Origin: Octopus vulgaris
Lineage: Eukaryota
Assembly (NCBI GenBank): GCA_951406725.2
Contig: OX597816.1
Coordinates: 12,090,001-12,154,000 of the forward strand
Reading direction: 5' to 3'
DNA length: 64,000 nucleotides
Both the position numbers and the translations under genes were made by a program. This document shows positions 49,953 through 63,216 of the stretch, one piece after another (the first letter of the stretch is position 1; each line of letters starts with the position of its first letter). The notes under the pieces are model-generated. The model had not been told where the DNA came from. It was given only the letters and a program-made list of their open reading frames with translations, and did no database searches.

Positions 49953-51214
49953 TAATAATGTTAATAATTATTTCTACTCTAAGCACAAAGCTTTGAAAGT
50001 TTTTTTGGAGAAGGGGGTCAGATGATTACATCGACCCCCACTCCAGTGTGTAACTGGTATTTCATCGACCCCCAAAAGGATGAAAGGCAAAGTCTTTCTC
50101 AGCGGAATTTGAACACAGAACGTAGCGGCAGACGAAATACTACTAAGTATTTTGCCAGACATGCTAACGCTTCTGCCAGCTTGCCACCTTAAAAATAACA
50201 ACAACAACAACAACAGCAACAACAACAACAACAACAATAATAATAATAATAATGATAATAATAAAAATAATAATAATGATACTAATAATAAAACTATTTA
50301 TTTTCAGAATCGTCTAAAAATAATTTGCTTCATAACAGAGAAAATTTTAATGTTTCTTCACAGGAGAGATTTTTCCTGTTGGTTCAAGTCCAAGTTAGGA
50401 CCTGATCAGTATTTACCATGCAATAAAGCTATATCCTACCACTAGCAGAGGATTCAACTCCAACTTACAGCCAGAACCTATTAATAGTCACAGATGATGG
50501 AGCACATCTTTGCGTGTTTGTTTCCTGTTTCAGAAAGTGTTTGCGTTATGTGTTTTTTTTTCCTTTTTCATTCTTTTGTTTTGTTCCAGAGATGTTATTC
50601 AGGTTAGTTACAGAGAAGCTGTGGAGAGTTTGATTTCAAGAAGGAAAACCATCGCAGAACATCTATATTCTTGAAATATCTCTTGGGAGAATTATTGCTG
50701 TTGTTTATTTCTAGGTTCGGCAAAAGAGACCAATAGAATAAGTACTGGGCTTACCAAAGAATAAGTCCCGGTGTCGAGTTGCTCGATTAAAGGCGGTGCT
50801 CCAGCATGGCCGCAGTCAAATGACTGAAACAAGTAAAAGAGAGTAAAAGAGTATATATGTATGTATGTATATTTGCCACACCTTGTAAACATCTAATAAT
50901 ATTGATCTATTATTTAATACGTTTTATATGTAAGTATTTGTTTCATAATGTAATTATTCTCTTAGCATTAATCATTTATCAATGGCTATGATGAAAATCT
51001 AAACCACTCTGGTATTTATTAACCTTTCCACTCATTATAGGTAATTCCTTGCAGTCATTTCACACACTCAAATAAAACATTTCCAGATCTTAATCAGAAG
51101 AGACAATATCCTTTGTTTTCTTTGTTTTTTTGTTTGTTTCTTTTCTGTTTCTGTTTTGTTTTTTGCCTTTTAGTCATTAGAGACAGCCGTGCTCGGATCC
51201 AGGAGCTGGTGGCT

Positions 51215-51688
51215 CTCTTTTACTCTTTTACTCTTTTACTTGTTTCAGTCATTTGACTGCGGCCATGCTGGAGCACCGCCTTTAGTTGAGCAAATCGACC
51301 CCGGGACTTATTCTTTGTAAGCCCAGTACTTAGTCTATCGGTCTCTTTTGCCGAACCGCTAAGTGACGGAGACGTAAACACACCATCATCGGTTGTCAAG
51401 CAATGCTAGAGGGACAAACACAGACACACAAACATATACACACACATACAAATATATATATATATACATATATACGACAGGCTTCTTTCAGTTTCCATCT
51501 ACCAAATTCACTCACAAGGCGCAGGAGTGGCTGTGTGGTAAGTAGCTTGCTGACCAACCACATGGTTCTGGGTTCAGTCCCACTGCGTGACATCTTGGGC
51601 AAGTGTCTTCTGCTATAGCCCTGGGCTGACCAATGCCTTGTGAGTGGATTTGGTAGACGGAAACTGAAAGAAGCCTGTCGTATATATG

Positions 51689-51725
<37 letters not shown>

Positions 51726-51930
51726 CTGTGTTTGTCCCCCTAGTATTGCTTGACAACCGATGCTGGTGTGTTTACGTCCCCGGCACTTAGCGGTTCGGCA
51801 AAAGAGACCGATAGAATAAGTACTGGGCTTACAAAGAATAAGTCCCGGGGTCGATTTGATCGACTAAAGGCGGTGCTCCAGCATGGCCGCAGTCAAATGA
51901 CTGAAACAAGTAAAAGAGTAAAAGAGTATA
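51215..51930. mobile_element. Inverted pair of SINE family 2 copies joined head-to-head
   Basis: Headless minus copy 51215-51520 fused at aaggc to full plus copy 51518-51930. Confidence 0.9.
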
Positions 51931-52145
51931 ATAATTAATTCATTTATTGTCCACAAGGGTTCATATACAATAGCGTTAAAGGACATACAACAACATAAAA
52001 GACAAAAATGGGATGATACAATGGGTTTTACAGTGTGTAAACAAGAATAACAATAGAAATTAAACATTACTATAGCCTCGGGTCGACCAAAGCCTTGTGA
52101 GTGGATTTGGTAGACGGAAACTGAAAGAAGCCCATCATGTGTGTG

Positions 52146-52181
<36 letters not shown>

Positions 52182-52479
52182 ATGTATTTGTGTCTGTGTT
52201 TGTCCTCCCCACCATCACTTGACAACCAATGTTGGTGTGTTTATGTCCCTGTAGCTTAGCAGTTCCGTAAAAGAGACCGATAGAATAAGTACTAGGTTTA
52301 TGAAGAATAAATACTGGGGGCGATTTGTTACAGCTAAAGGCAGTGCTCCAGCTTGGTTGCAGTCAAAATGGCTGAAACAAGAAGAAGAGCAGATAACTTT
52401 TAAATGTTTGAATCACACTTCTAACATAAAATGAGGGACACAGTATCAACTTATAAACCTTTAATATACCTGGTGGCAC

Positions 52480-52700
52480 TTGTGTAGCTAGGGGGCACAG
52501 GTGCCAGGGTTGTTAGGGGAGGGACACTAGGGGCAGTCCAGCCCAGGCAGCACTTTTAAAGGGGTGGCACTTTTCATCTTGTTGTAGGCTATTGCTGTAG
52601 GTAATATGTTTTTTGTGGGGTCCGGGGGGGCGGGAGGGGCGGGGGCGGGGGGCGGACGGAAGGGCCATCCTGGCGGCACACACTTTGGCTATGTTAATGT
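52480..52700 (+). mobile_element. GC-rich MITE-like repeat; second copy at ~55586-55736
   Basis: Shared tagctaggg...ggcactttt...tgctgtagg(t/c)aatatgt..ttttgtggggtcc...gaagggcca. Confidence 0.55.
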
Positions 52701-53518
52701 TTGGTCGTATATTATGATTGCAAAATGAAATATGCTGTCTCTACTAGCAATTAAAATGTAGGCATTTGTACATACTGACATTTCCATAGAAATCCAATTA
52801 CCTCTAGTTCTGGTTTAATTAATTAATTCTCAAATACACGAGATAATTAAACCATTTGTGAGTAAGGAAATTGAAAACTTGAAATTGCTCAGAAACCTTG
52901 TTATAAATAGTAAAAATTATAATAATAATAATTATAATAATTTTATGGTTCATATTTGAATTTTTATACGATTTTAAGCTCTTTTAACTAGTCAACATCT
53001 TTGAATAATTTTGTTCCCTAAATAACATCTAATTTTCAAGCCAGAAATATCTTTTGAGAATAATGATTAAATCATGAATAAAGTTAATATTTATTTTGAA
53101 AGAGTTAATTTAATTTGTACAGTTAATGAAACTATAATCTATTAACAATACATTATCATTTCTAGAACATTCTTATATACTATGCCACTCGGGGAGAAGC
53201 AAATACAAGAGAAAACCAAACATCTTTATATTTAATCATGCACTTATAAATATTTAATTAGAAATATTTAATTATAATTATAAGTATTTAATGCTTCCAT
53301 ACAAAAGCATATGAGCATGTTTTAGGACTTTTAACTCCAAAATCTTAATTCCTGTGTGTGGTTGTTCAGCAACAAATTCCAGGACCTTCATCAGTCATAT
53401 ACAACAGGAGGCCCCACTCTTCCATCAATTTTCTATGTTACCCTATATTTATTTATTTTTTTTGCACTCTGTGGACTCATCTACACATCCACCTTCTCTG
53501 CTCTTCAATCCTATTCTT

Positions 53519-53775
53519 ATTTCTGTACTGCCCACAAGGGGCTACACACAGAGAGGACTAACAGGGACAGACAAACGGATTAAATTGATTACATCGACAC
53601 CCCAGTGCATAACTGGTACTTAATTTATCGACCCCGAAAGGATGAATGGCAAAGTCGACCTCGGTGGAATTTGAACTCAGAACGCAGCGGTAGATGAAAT
53701 ACCGCTAAGCATTTCGCCCAGCATGCTAACGTTTCTGCCAGCTCGCTGCCTTAATTCTGCCAGCTTGCTGCCTTC
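53519..53775 (-). mobile_element. SINE family 1 copy with TSD atcctattct and a duplicated 5' end
   Basis: atcctattct at ~53508 and ~53777; ttctgccagct(c/t)gctgcctt occurs twice. Confidence 0.85.
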
Positions 53776-54189
53776 TATCCTATTCTGTCTCATATCCACA
53801 TTGTACATGGACCTCGCATCTCTTTCTTTCTCTCTCTCACTTCCCTGCCAGGTAAGCCATGTACTTGCCTCTTCAGCCAGACACTGGCTCCTCTCTTTGT
53901 ATCATAGTTTCTTATTTTCCCAGTCTACACCCTGCTCAATTGAGGAGTCTCATCTTGCAGGTACTCAGCGTCCTCATTGGCGCTGGTGGCATGTAAAAAG
54001 CACCTAGTCTGCTGTTAAGTTTTTGGTATTAGGAAGGGCATCAAGCTGTAGGAACCATGCTAATGCAGACATAGAACCTGGTGGAGCCCTCTGGCATGTC
54101 TATTCTTGTCAAACTATCCAACCCATACCAGCATGGAAGAGGGGAATTTAATGATGATAATGATGATAATGTGTATGATTTGTATGTCA

Positions 54190-54502
54190 TATCACCATGA
54201 TCACCGTGACTGACCAGGCTATCAGATGTTGCTACACATCGCTGGTCACAATGCGCTTTGCATTGTTTTAGCCTTCAAATGATACTGCCCATCTGGCTAA
54301 GCGAGCAGGCCACCAGAAGAAAGAGTGAGAAAAAGTTGTGGCGAAAGAGTACAGCAGGGATCACCACCACCCCCTGCCAGTGCCTCGTGGAGCTTTAGGT
54401 GTTTTCTCTCAATAAACACTTACAACGCCAGGTCTGGGAATCAAAACCGCGATCCTAAGACTGCGAGTCAGCTGCCCTAACTACTGGGCCATTGTGCCTC
54501 CA
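54190..54502 (-). mobile_element. SINE family 4 (tRNA-Arg-like head), tail type 1
   Basis: ggaggcacaatggcccagtagttagggcagctgactcgcag...; head and core shared with 57375. Confidence 0.75.
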
Positions 54503-55070
54503 CTTATATGTCATATGTTAAAGGATTATTGACCAAAATAGCTGCCTTCATTGCTCCGATTCAGTCAAAATAATCTAAAAAATTATAAAGAAAATAGGAA
54601 GAATATGGTGAAGTCACATAAAGAATCTTGCAAACCGAAATACAAAAAAAAAAAAAAACGAAAAGTAAGAATATGGTTTTGAAAATATCAAGCAACCCTT
54701 TAAAAGATGATTTTAATATTAGCTCAAGATTTTCTGAACCATCATGATAAACATCATAAACATTTGTGATATTTTAATACAGAAATATTTACCAAGATAT
54801 TTCTGTCACCCATTATATTTTGCATATTAATACAATATTTTTGTGATTCATTAATATTTTATAATCATTTTATTACACCACATTTTTTGTTTTATTTTTG
54901 TTTTTTATGCTTGTCTTTTACCATTTTGTGTTCCAGAATTAGACAGATGATTCTCTAGATTTCAATATTTGCATAAATTGTTGAAGTGTATACTTTTTTT
55001 TATGCTTGTATGACTTTTCTCGCAATATGATAATTCAAAATGAAATGTGAATTGGCATCGCATCGTATCT

Positions 55071-55205
55071 AGAGAGGGAGAGATAAGGAGAGAGAGGGAG
55101 AGACAAGGAGAGAGAGGGAAAGACAAGGAGAGAGAGGGAGAGACAAGGAGAGAGAGGGAGAGACAAGGAGAGAGAGGGAGAAACAAGGAGATAGAGGGAG
55201 AGAGA
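55071..55205. repeat. 20-bp purine-rich tandem repeat (agagagggagagacaaggag), ~6.5 copies
   Basis: Read directly. Confidence 0.85.
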
Positions 55206-56030
55206 ATGGTTGAAACAAGGAAGAGCAATTATTTCATTTCATATGTTTTGGTGAATTTATGGCACAATTTTTCTTGAAATTATTTTTAGAAATCCTTAAG
55301 AATAGAAAAGTCAAACTAATTTGGTGAAGTTAATACAGTTAGCAGAACTACCATTTAATTTGAATCTGTTTTGGTGAGTAGTTAGATGGAAGGTTTTAGT
55401 AGAAAAGAAGAAAATGGTAGAGAGACACAGAAAGATGAAGAATGACAAGAAAGGACTCACAGAATCTTGAAAATACAAACTTCCGGGTTTACTTTACGGA
55501 ATTAAGGAGAAAATGAGAAATAGGGTAAGGCAGTCTGGATAGTAAAAGATCTGGGGGGTCTCTTAGAAGTTAAGCTTGGTGCATTAGCATAGCTAGGGAT
55601 GGTCCACTCTGGGGGACACTTTTATAGGGGAACCACTTTTGGGTCTGCTGTAGGCAATATGTATTTTTGTGGGGTCCTGGGGTGGGAAATGGAAGGGCCA
55701 CCCTGGGTGGCACACACTCTACCTAAGCTAGTGGCTTGGTGTAATAAATGTAGAATGAGTGAAGAAATACACAACTTTATGTTTTTATGTTTTATCGTTT
55801 ATTTCTTTCAGTCATTAGACTGTAACCATGCTGGATCACCACCTTGAAAAGATTTTAGTTGAACGACTCAACCCCAGTAATTTTTTTTTTTTAAGCCGGG
55901 TACTTATTCTCTCATTCTCTTTTGCCAAACCAATAAGCTATGGTAACATAAACAAACCAACATCAGTTGTCAAGTGGTCATCAAGGACAAACACACACAC
56001 ACACATACACAGCAGGCTTCTTTCAGTTTC

Positions 56031-56448
56031 TTATTTCTTTACTACCCACAAGGGGCTAAACATAGAGGGGGCAAACAAGGACAGACAAACGGATTAAGTC
56101 GATTATATCGACCCCAGTGAGTAACTGGTACTTAATCTATCGATCCCGAAAGGATGAAAGGCAAAGTCGACCTCGGTGCAATTTGAACTCAGAATGTAAA
56201 GACAGACGAAATACCTATTTCTTTACTACCCACAAGGGGCTAAACACAGAGAGGACAAACAAGGACAGACAAATGGATTAAGTCGATTATATCGACTCCA
56301 GTGCGTAAGTGGTACTTAATTTATTGACCCTGAAAGGATGAAAGGCAAAGTCGACCTCGGTGGAATTTGAACTCAGAACATAACGGTAGATGAAATACCG
56401 CTAAGCATTTCGCCCAGCGTGCTAACATTTCTGCCAGCTCGCCGCCTT
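56031..56448 (-). mobile_element. Two nested SINE family 1 copies inserted at ttcagtttct of a SINE family 2 copy
   Basis: Same junction types as at 22551 and 11086. Confidence 0.9.
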
Positions 56449-57374
56449 CATTTAATAATTGTAATTCATGGTAGAGATTTGAAACCTCCACTTGTATGTT
56501 ATGTTACTACTTCTAAACACCCTTACCTACTGGGCCACCAAAGCAGCAACTGAATGGTCACAAGATCTTGCGTACGTGATCACATGCTTCCTCTTGCTTC
56601 ACAAAGAATTAGTTATTTTCCAAATTCTTCTACTGCAATGGATGTCAACAAACATTATGTCACAGATGTGGCTGAATGATAGGAACATGGAATCTATTTG
56701 TGAAAATACATGCGTGAGTAATTCTGATGTAAATCTTTTATCTTTTATTTTTTATTCATTAAAGTCACTGGGCTGTGGCCAGGCTGGGGCACTGGCATTT
56801 ATAACAGAGTGAAGCAATTTGACACCACTTACTTTCTTAAATCTGGTACTTACACTATCAACGTCTTTTGTTGAACTGCTAATTTATGGAGATATAAGGT
56901 TAAAGTATACCCAAACTTTTTGCTGTTATACTGCAGTCAAAAATTTACTTTCTTAAATGTAATATATATATAGATATGTATGTATGTATAGATAGATAGA
57001 TAGATATATCATCATCCTCACCATTTAACGTCCATTGTCCATGCTAGCATGAGTTGGATGATTTGACCAGAGCTGGCAAGCTGGGGGTGGCTGCATCAGA
57101 CAACAGTCTGGTTTGGCCTCTTTTCTATGGCTGGATGCCCTTCCTAATGCCATCCATCTTACAGTGTGCCGGGTTCTTTCACACACAACCCACACAAATA
57201 CATTCAACATATGCAGCCATTAATCCATCCACATTATTTTGTCTCTCTCGGGTTTTTTTTCTTCGCTCCATCTGTTTTCTCTCCTTATTCCTTCCTGTTG
57301 AAGAGGGTAGGTTCAAAATGTCAAAGACTCTTACATTCTTCCTGAGTATCAAACTAATACATATATATATAGCT

Positions 57375-57750
57375 GAGGCACAATGGCCCAGTGGTTAGAG
57401 AGCAGACTCACAGTTGTAGGATTGCAATTTCGATTCCAAGACCAGTCATTGTGAGTGTTTATTGAGTGAAAACACCTAAAGCTCCACGAGGCTCTGCTAG
57501 GGGGTGGTGGCAAACCCTGCTGTACTCTTTCACCCCAACTTTCTCTCTCACTCTTTCTTCCTGTTTCTATATACGTGTATTTCGAAGAGCCAGCCTAGTC
57601 ACATTCTGTGTCGAGCTGAATCTCCCCAAGAACTACGTTAAGGGTACACATGTCTGTAGAGTACTCAGCCATTTGCATGTTAATTTCACGAGCAGGCTAT
57701 TCTGTTGATTGGATCAGCTGGAACTCTCGTTGTCATAACTGGTCTGTGCA
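57375..57750 (+). mobile_element. SINE family 4, tail type 2
   Basis: gaggcacaatggcccagtggttagagcagcagactcacag...ttcgattcc; diverges from the 54190 copy after cactctttcttc. Confidence 0.75.
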
Positions 57751-58195
57751 ACACCGATATTCTTCCCTGTGTTTGTGAAATCTTTGTATCTCTGCCGTAA
57801 GGCTTCATTTCAACACGCGCCAGCTTAATTCAATTCGTCCTTAGTCGAAAGACACCTGTTATTATATTCTGTTATTATTTTTATTGTATTTTTTATTGTA
57901 TTTATATTTGTGTAACATTGTCCGTTTTTTTCCGTCCTTGTTTTCATATACATTCGATGCTTTCTTCAAAGGAATCTAATGCTCTTAGCTTAGTTTTTCC
58001 TTGGGGCTGGCCAGATTAGAGCAATCTCAAGAATAATCAGCCAAAATTGCGAGGATGATCTGGTTCTTGACTGAAGATAGAAAACTTTGAATGACCCATC
58101 CTTGTTTTCTTTGTATCGTCTATCTGGATGTTTTGTTGTCCCTTTTTCGTATCACCTAGTTGTCCGGATATTTTGCGTTCTTGGCCCATTTTGTA

Positions 58196-58242
<47 letters not shown>

Positions 58243-58794
58243 TATTAACTAAATCTCATTGATGCCATATCATGCTGTCTTAAAAAGAAAAGATACATTG
58301 AACAATATAGATTGATATACAAAAAGATCTCATTGATGAAGACTTACCTAGGACTATACAATAACTAAAAAAGCCACTTTACAATCCATTGATATGCTAG
58401 AAAGAGCAGCAAAATCCCTTTCTCAAATCACCTTATATTGTTATAAAAAAATAACACATCAGAAAATATTATCTGAGATACACTATGCCTGAAAAAGAAA
58501 ATGGGATGGTCAGAACCGGAATGTCTTTGATCAACAGCAGCAACAACAACCGCAACAATTACAAACATAGGAGAGAAATACAATGTAACTATAATGGGAA
58601 AGCAAATTATTAAATAAACAAACAAAACTAATTGTATTTACTTAATTTGTTTAAAATTAATTAACAAAAGTGATAGGGATGGTAGGGACGACAGCTGTAT
58701 ACAGGCTGGAAATGAAATTTCAATTAATTTTAATTTCATTTTATGCATTCTTTTTAAACGCCCCCCACCTCCCCCAGTTTTGTTTTCATACCCA

Positions 58795-59241
58795 CCACTG
58801 TCACCACCACCACCACCACCACCACCACCACCACCACCACGAATATACCACTATGGCCACGATGATGATTTCGGCGTCAACGATAACGATGATGACTACG
58901 ACGACAACCACCACCACCACTACCACTACTACTACTACTACATCCACCACCCCCACCACAACCACCACCACCACCACCACTACTACTACTACTACTACCC
59001 CCTCACCACAACCATCACCACTACCAACACCAAAACCACCACCACCACCCAATATACCACCATAACCACGATGGTGATGTCGGCGTCAACGATGACGATG
59101 ATGACTACGATGACAACCACCACCAGCACTACTACCACTACCACTATAACTACTACCCCCACCCCCACCACAACCACCACCACCACTACTACTACTACCC
59201 CACCACCACTACTACTACCCCCACCCCCACCACAACCACTG

Positions 59242-59283
<42 letters not shown>

Positions 59284-59873
59284 TCATCGCCACCACCACC
59301 ACCACCACCACCACCACTACAACCATCACCACTACTACTACTACTTTAGATATTTTGATTTTATTACTACTATCATCATCATCATCATCATCATCTGTTC
59401 ATTATAATCATATTTTTATTACAATCGGCCACATCATTACGATGGCCACTGTCATCACCATCATCATCATCATTATTATTATTACTACCACTACAACCAT
59501 GATCATTGCCATCATCACCACCACCATCGTCGTCGTCATCATAACCACCACCATCACCCTAACTACCACCATCATTATCCCTAGTAACACCACTACCATC
59601 ATCATCACCATTAGCACCACCATCACCATACTGACACAACCATCACCATCACCACAACTGCACCATCATTATTCCTAGTAACACCACCACCACCACCATT
59701 CTCACCGTCTCGTTATCATCATCATCATCATCATCACCATCTTATTGTCATCATCACCATCGTCATTATCATCATCATCACTGGCACAACCACCACCACC
59801 ACCACCGCCATAACTACCTCCATCATCATCAATGTAACACCACCATCACCACCATCATGAATACCACGACCAC

Positions 59874-59918
<45 letters not shown>

Positions 59919-60075
59919 GGTTGTCAGCACCATTTTCGTCAGACTGACAACATGAACATCAACCACAGAAACCATAACAAGCAAAAGCATTAATATTCCT
60001 TTTTTGTTTTCCAGGACACATCCCCTGATCCCCCTCATCCTCATCCTCCTCATCACTATCATCATCATCATCATT
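58795..60075. repeat. Large (CAC)/(TAC)/(CAT) field with higher-order duplicated blocks
   Basis: aatatacca...cggcgtcaacgat block at ~58842 and ~59051; ttatYcctagtaacaccac at ~59575 and ~59670. Confidence 0.9.
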
Positions 60076-60474
60076 ACAATATTAATAATCTCTGCTTTGA
60101 AAGCAGAAATATCCCACAACCACAAAAAAACCTAACTAACCCCAACTCCCAGGCCTGTCCTGTCACACCTTCCACAACCGCCCCGATCAAACCCTTTACA
60201 GATCGCCCATTGATTAAATTTTTAAGACCCCCATCAGTTCCCTCACCCCAACCCTCGCCTGCCCCCTCACAGACTGAAGCTGGTGTGTGTCGAAAGGTCA
60301 ACTGCTTCCATCGCAGACACTAACGTTGCAGATTTTAATGCTAATTTTGGATTAAAAGTTCCAAGATTTGCATAAACCATTCTCTCTCCCTCTCTCCCTT
60401 CCACCTCATCGACAACACAGTGACCCACATAATATAGCCATGTGTGTTTCTTGCACATATCTTTGCCATCTATA

Positions 60475-61650
60475 GGTGCAAGCATGGTTGTGTGGTAAGA
60501 AGCTTGATTTCCGACCAAATGGTTCTGGGTTCAGTCTCACTGCATGTTACCTCCAGTGTCTTCTACTATAGCCTCGAGCTGACCAAAGCTTTGTGAGTGG
60601 ATTTGGTAGACAGAAACTGAAAGAAGCCCATTGTATATATATAAATATATGTATATATATGTATATGTGTGTGTGTGTGTGTTATATATCATCATCCTTT
60701 AACGTCTGCCTTCCATGCTGGCATGGGTGGGACGGTTTGACAGGGGCTGGCCAGTCAGAAGCCTGCACCAGACTTCTGTGACTGTTTTGGTAGGATTTTT
60801 ACAGCTGGATGCCCTTCTTTACACCAACCACCCAGCAGAGTGGACTTAGTGCTTTTTATGTAGTACAAGCACAGGTGAGGTGAGTTTTGGCAAAGTTTTT
60901 TCCAACTGAATGCCCTTCCAAATGCCAACCATTTTACTGTGTGGACTGGGTGCTTTTTAAGTGATACCTGCACTGACAGGATCACCAAGTAACTTGTAAG
61001 ACAAAAATCTTTTGAGAAGGAAAGAGGCATTGAAAGAGGTGATCCTGTATCAGATGATGAAAGGTTATAGTGGGACAGAAACAGGTGTCTTGCTGTAGAG
61101 GAGGTACAAGGTTACCTGTCTGGAGAGAGAATGAAGACAGAAACAGGTGTGCTACCACAAAGGAGATACATGGTTACCCAACCTGAGGGAAGTGCAGGGA
61201 AAGTATTTCTATATATTTGTGTGTGTGTGTATTTTTGTGTCTGTTTTTGTTCCCCTTATCATTGCTTTACAACTGGTATCGGTGTGTTTGTGTCCAGTAA
61301 CTTAGCAGTTTGGCAAAAAAGAAAGATAGAATAAGGGCTAGGCTTAAAAAATAAGTCCTGGAGTCGATTTGTTCAACTAAAACCCTTCAAGGCAGTGCTC
61401 TAGCATGGCCTGCACTCAAATGACTGGAGCAAATAAAAGAGTAAAAGAATCTGTCATCATCATCATCATCATCATTTAATGTCCATTTTCCATGCTGGTA
61501 TGGGTTGGACAGTTTGACAGAAACAAGAAAGGCTGGAGAGTTACACCAGGTACCATTGTCTGTTTTGGCATGGTTTCTACAGTTGGATGCCATTCCTAAT
61601 GCTAACCACATTACAGAGTGTACTCGGTGCCTTTTTACGTGCCACTAGCA
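60475..61650. mobile_element. SINE family 2 copy interrupted by SINE family 3 material, followed by another family 3 copy
   Basis: Family 2 head 60475-60680 and tail 61215-61450; family 3 at ~60688-60970 and ~61455-61650. Confidence 0.75.
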
Positions 61651-61692
61651 TATAATACATACATACATACAAACCTACGTATGTACCTACCT

Positions 61693-61907
61693 ATTTCTTT
61701 ATTACCTATAAGGAGCTAAACAAGGACAGACATAGGTATTAAGTCGATTACATCGACTCCAGTGCGTAACTGGTACTTAATTTATCGACCCCGAAAGGAT
61801 GAAAGGCAAAGTCGACCTCGGCGGAATTCGAACTCACTACATAACGCAGACGAAATACCGCTCAGCATTTCGCCCGGCGTGCTAACGTTTCTGCCAGCTC
61901 ACCGCCT
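61693..61907 (-). mobile_element. SINE family 1 copy
   Basis: Core and head intact. Confidence 0.85.
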
Positions 61908-61961
61908 GTAGCTATGTACCTACCTACCTACCTACCTACCTACCTATATACATATATACAA

Positions 61962-62470
61962 CCAAAGATCAGTGAAAAAGAGAATACCTATGCTGAACCA
62001 TTGAGAAGTCTGCACTTACTCTACCCAGATTAAAAGTTCAGGTTTACACTTGTAAATATTGGGGCCCTGGGATATGTAACACCCTGCCTTAATACCAATC
62101 TTGAGAAATTAGGCTTCTCAAAACCAGAAAGGAGAAAGCTAATTCAAAAATTACTTATCCAATCCATCTAATTATCTAATTCGATGACTACAGATCCAAT
62201 CCATCGCTGGAACTGTAAAAATCTGTAAAACTTCCCAGAAGTTTATCATTTAAATATATAGGAACATGTCTAGATATGCAAGTATATGCATGGGAATACA
62301 TACATATAGCAAAACATACAAATCTGCACAGATACATACATACATACATACTGGCAGATAAAAATACCCTATTGGATATTGTTGAAATTCCAATGAAGGA
62401 GCTTTAGTTCTAGGTTAGAAACCAGCTCTTTGTCTACTGGCAAGAAATCTAGAAATAAAACGGAATAATG
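61962..62470 (+). pseudogene. 3' end of a second restriction-like-endonuclease LINE lineage, in (TACA)n
   Basis: KISEKENTYAEPLRSLHLLYPD*KFRFTLVNIGALGYVTPCLNTNLEKLGFSKPERRKLIQKLLIQSI...GTVKICKTSQKFII*. Confidence 0.7.
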
Positions 62471-62844
62471 ACATACACACATACATACAATACATACATA
62501 TATACATATATACAATACACAGATACTTACATACACAGATACATACATACATACATACATACATGCACACATACATACATACATACACACATATATACAT
62601 ACATACATACATACACACATACGCACATATATATATACATACACACACATACATACATACACACATACATACATACATACATACATACATACATACATAC
62701 ACACACATACATACACACATACACACACATACACACACATACATACATACATACACACATACATACAATACATACACACGCACATACATACATACATACA
62801 TATATACATATATACATACATACATACATACATACATACATACA

Positions 62845-62875
<31 letters not shown>
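62470..62875. repeat. (TACA)/(CA) microsatellite
   Basis: Read directly. Confidence 0.95.
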
Positions 62876-63216
62876 CTGTAGAACTCACTCCATTGCAAAA
62901 TCCTGCTGTTTCTCTGTAGTTTACCAATATTTAGTTTTAAAATAATCAGTTTTTTTTCTGAATCAAATGAATTCCCTGTTGTAATTAAAATCAAATTTGC
63001 ATATTAGATAACTACGCACATGCTACTGATGGCCAAAGTGATAGGCCATTGAAGAATCCACAGGGAGGAGCAGTTTATATCTCATCAGCTGAACTGTATT
63101 ATTTCTCTGATCAATGTACTTAACTCTCAGATAACACAGTTCATTGAGCTGTAAATAGGTAGCGAAGGAGAGAGACAATTTGCTGTTCTCAACAATGGTA
63201 CTGCTGTAGAATTGGC

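Noticed and set aside
52617-52655. G-quadruplex or GC-box promoter
   Set aside because: The G-runs lie inside a dispersed repeat whose other copy (~55680) lacks the expansion; no evidence of regulatory use
57375-57450. Functional tRNA genes at SINE heads (also 38621-38684, 34705, 54430-54502)
   Set aside because: A/B-box-like motifs only; no complete cloverleaf, and they run into SINE bodies
58670-59678. Mucin- or extensin-like Thr/Pro/His ORFs
   Set aside because: Trinucleotide repeat field with no consistent frame
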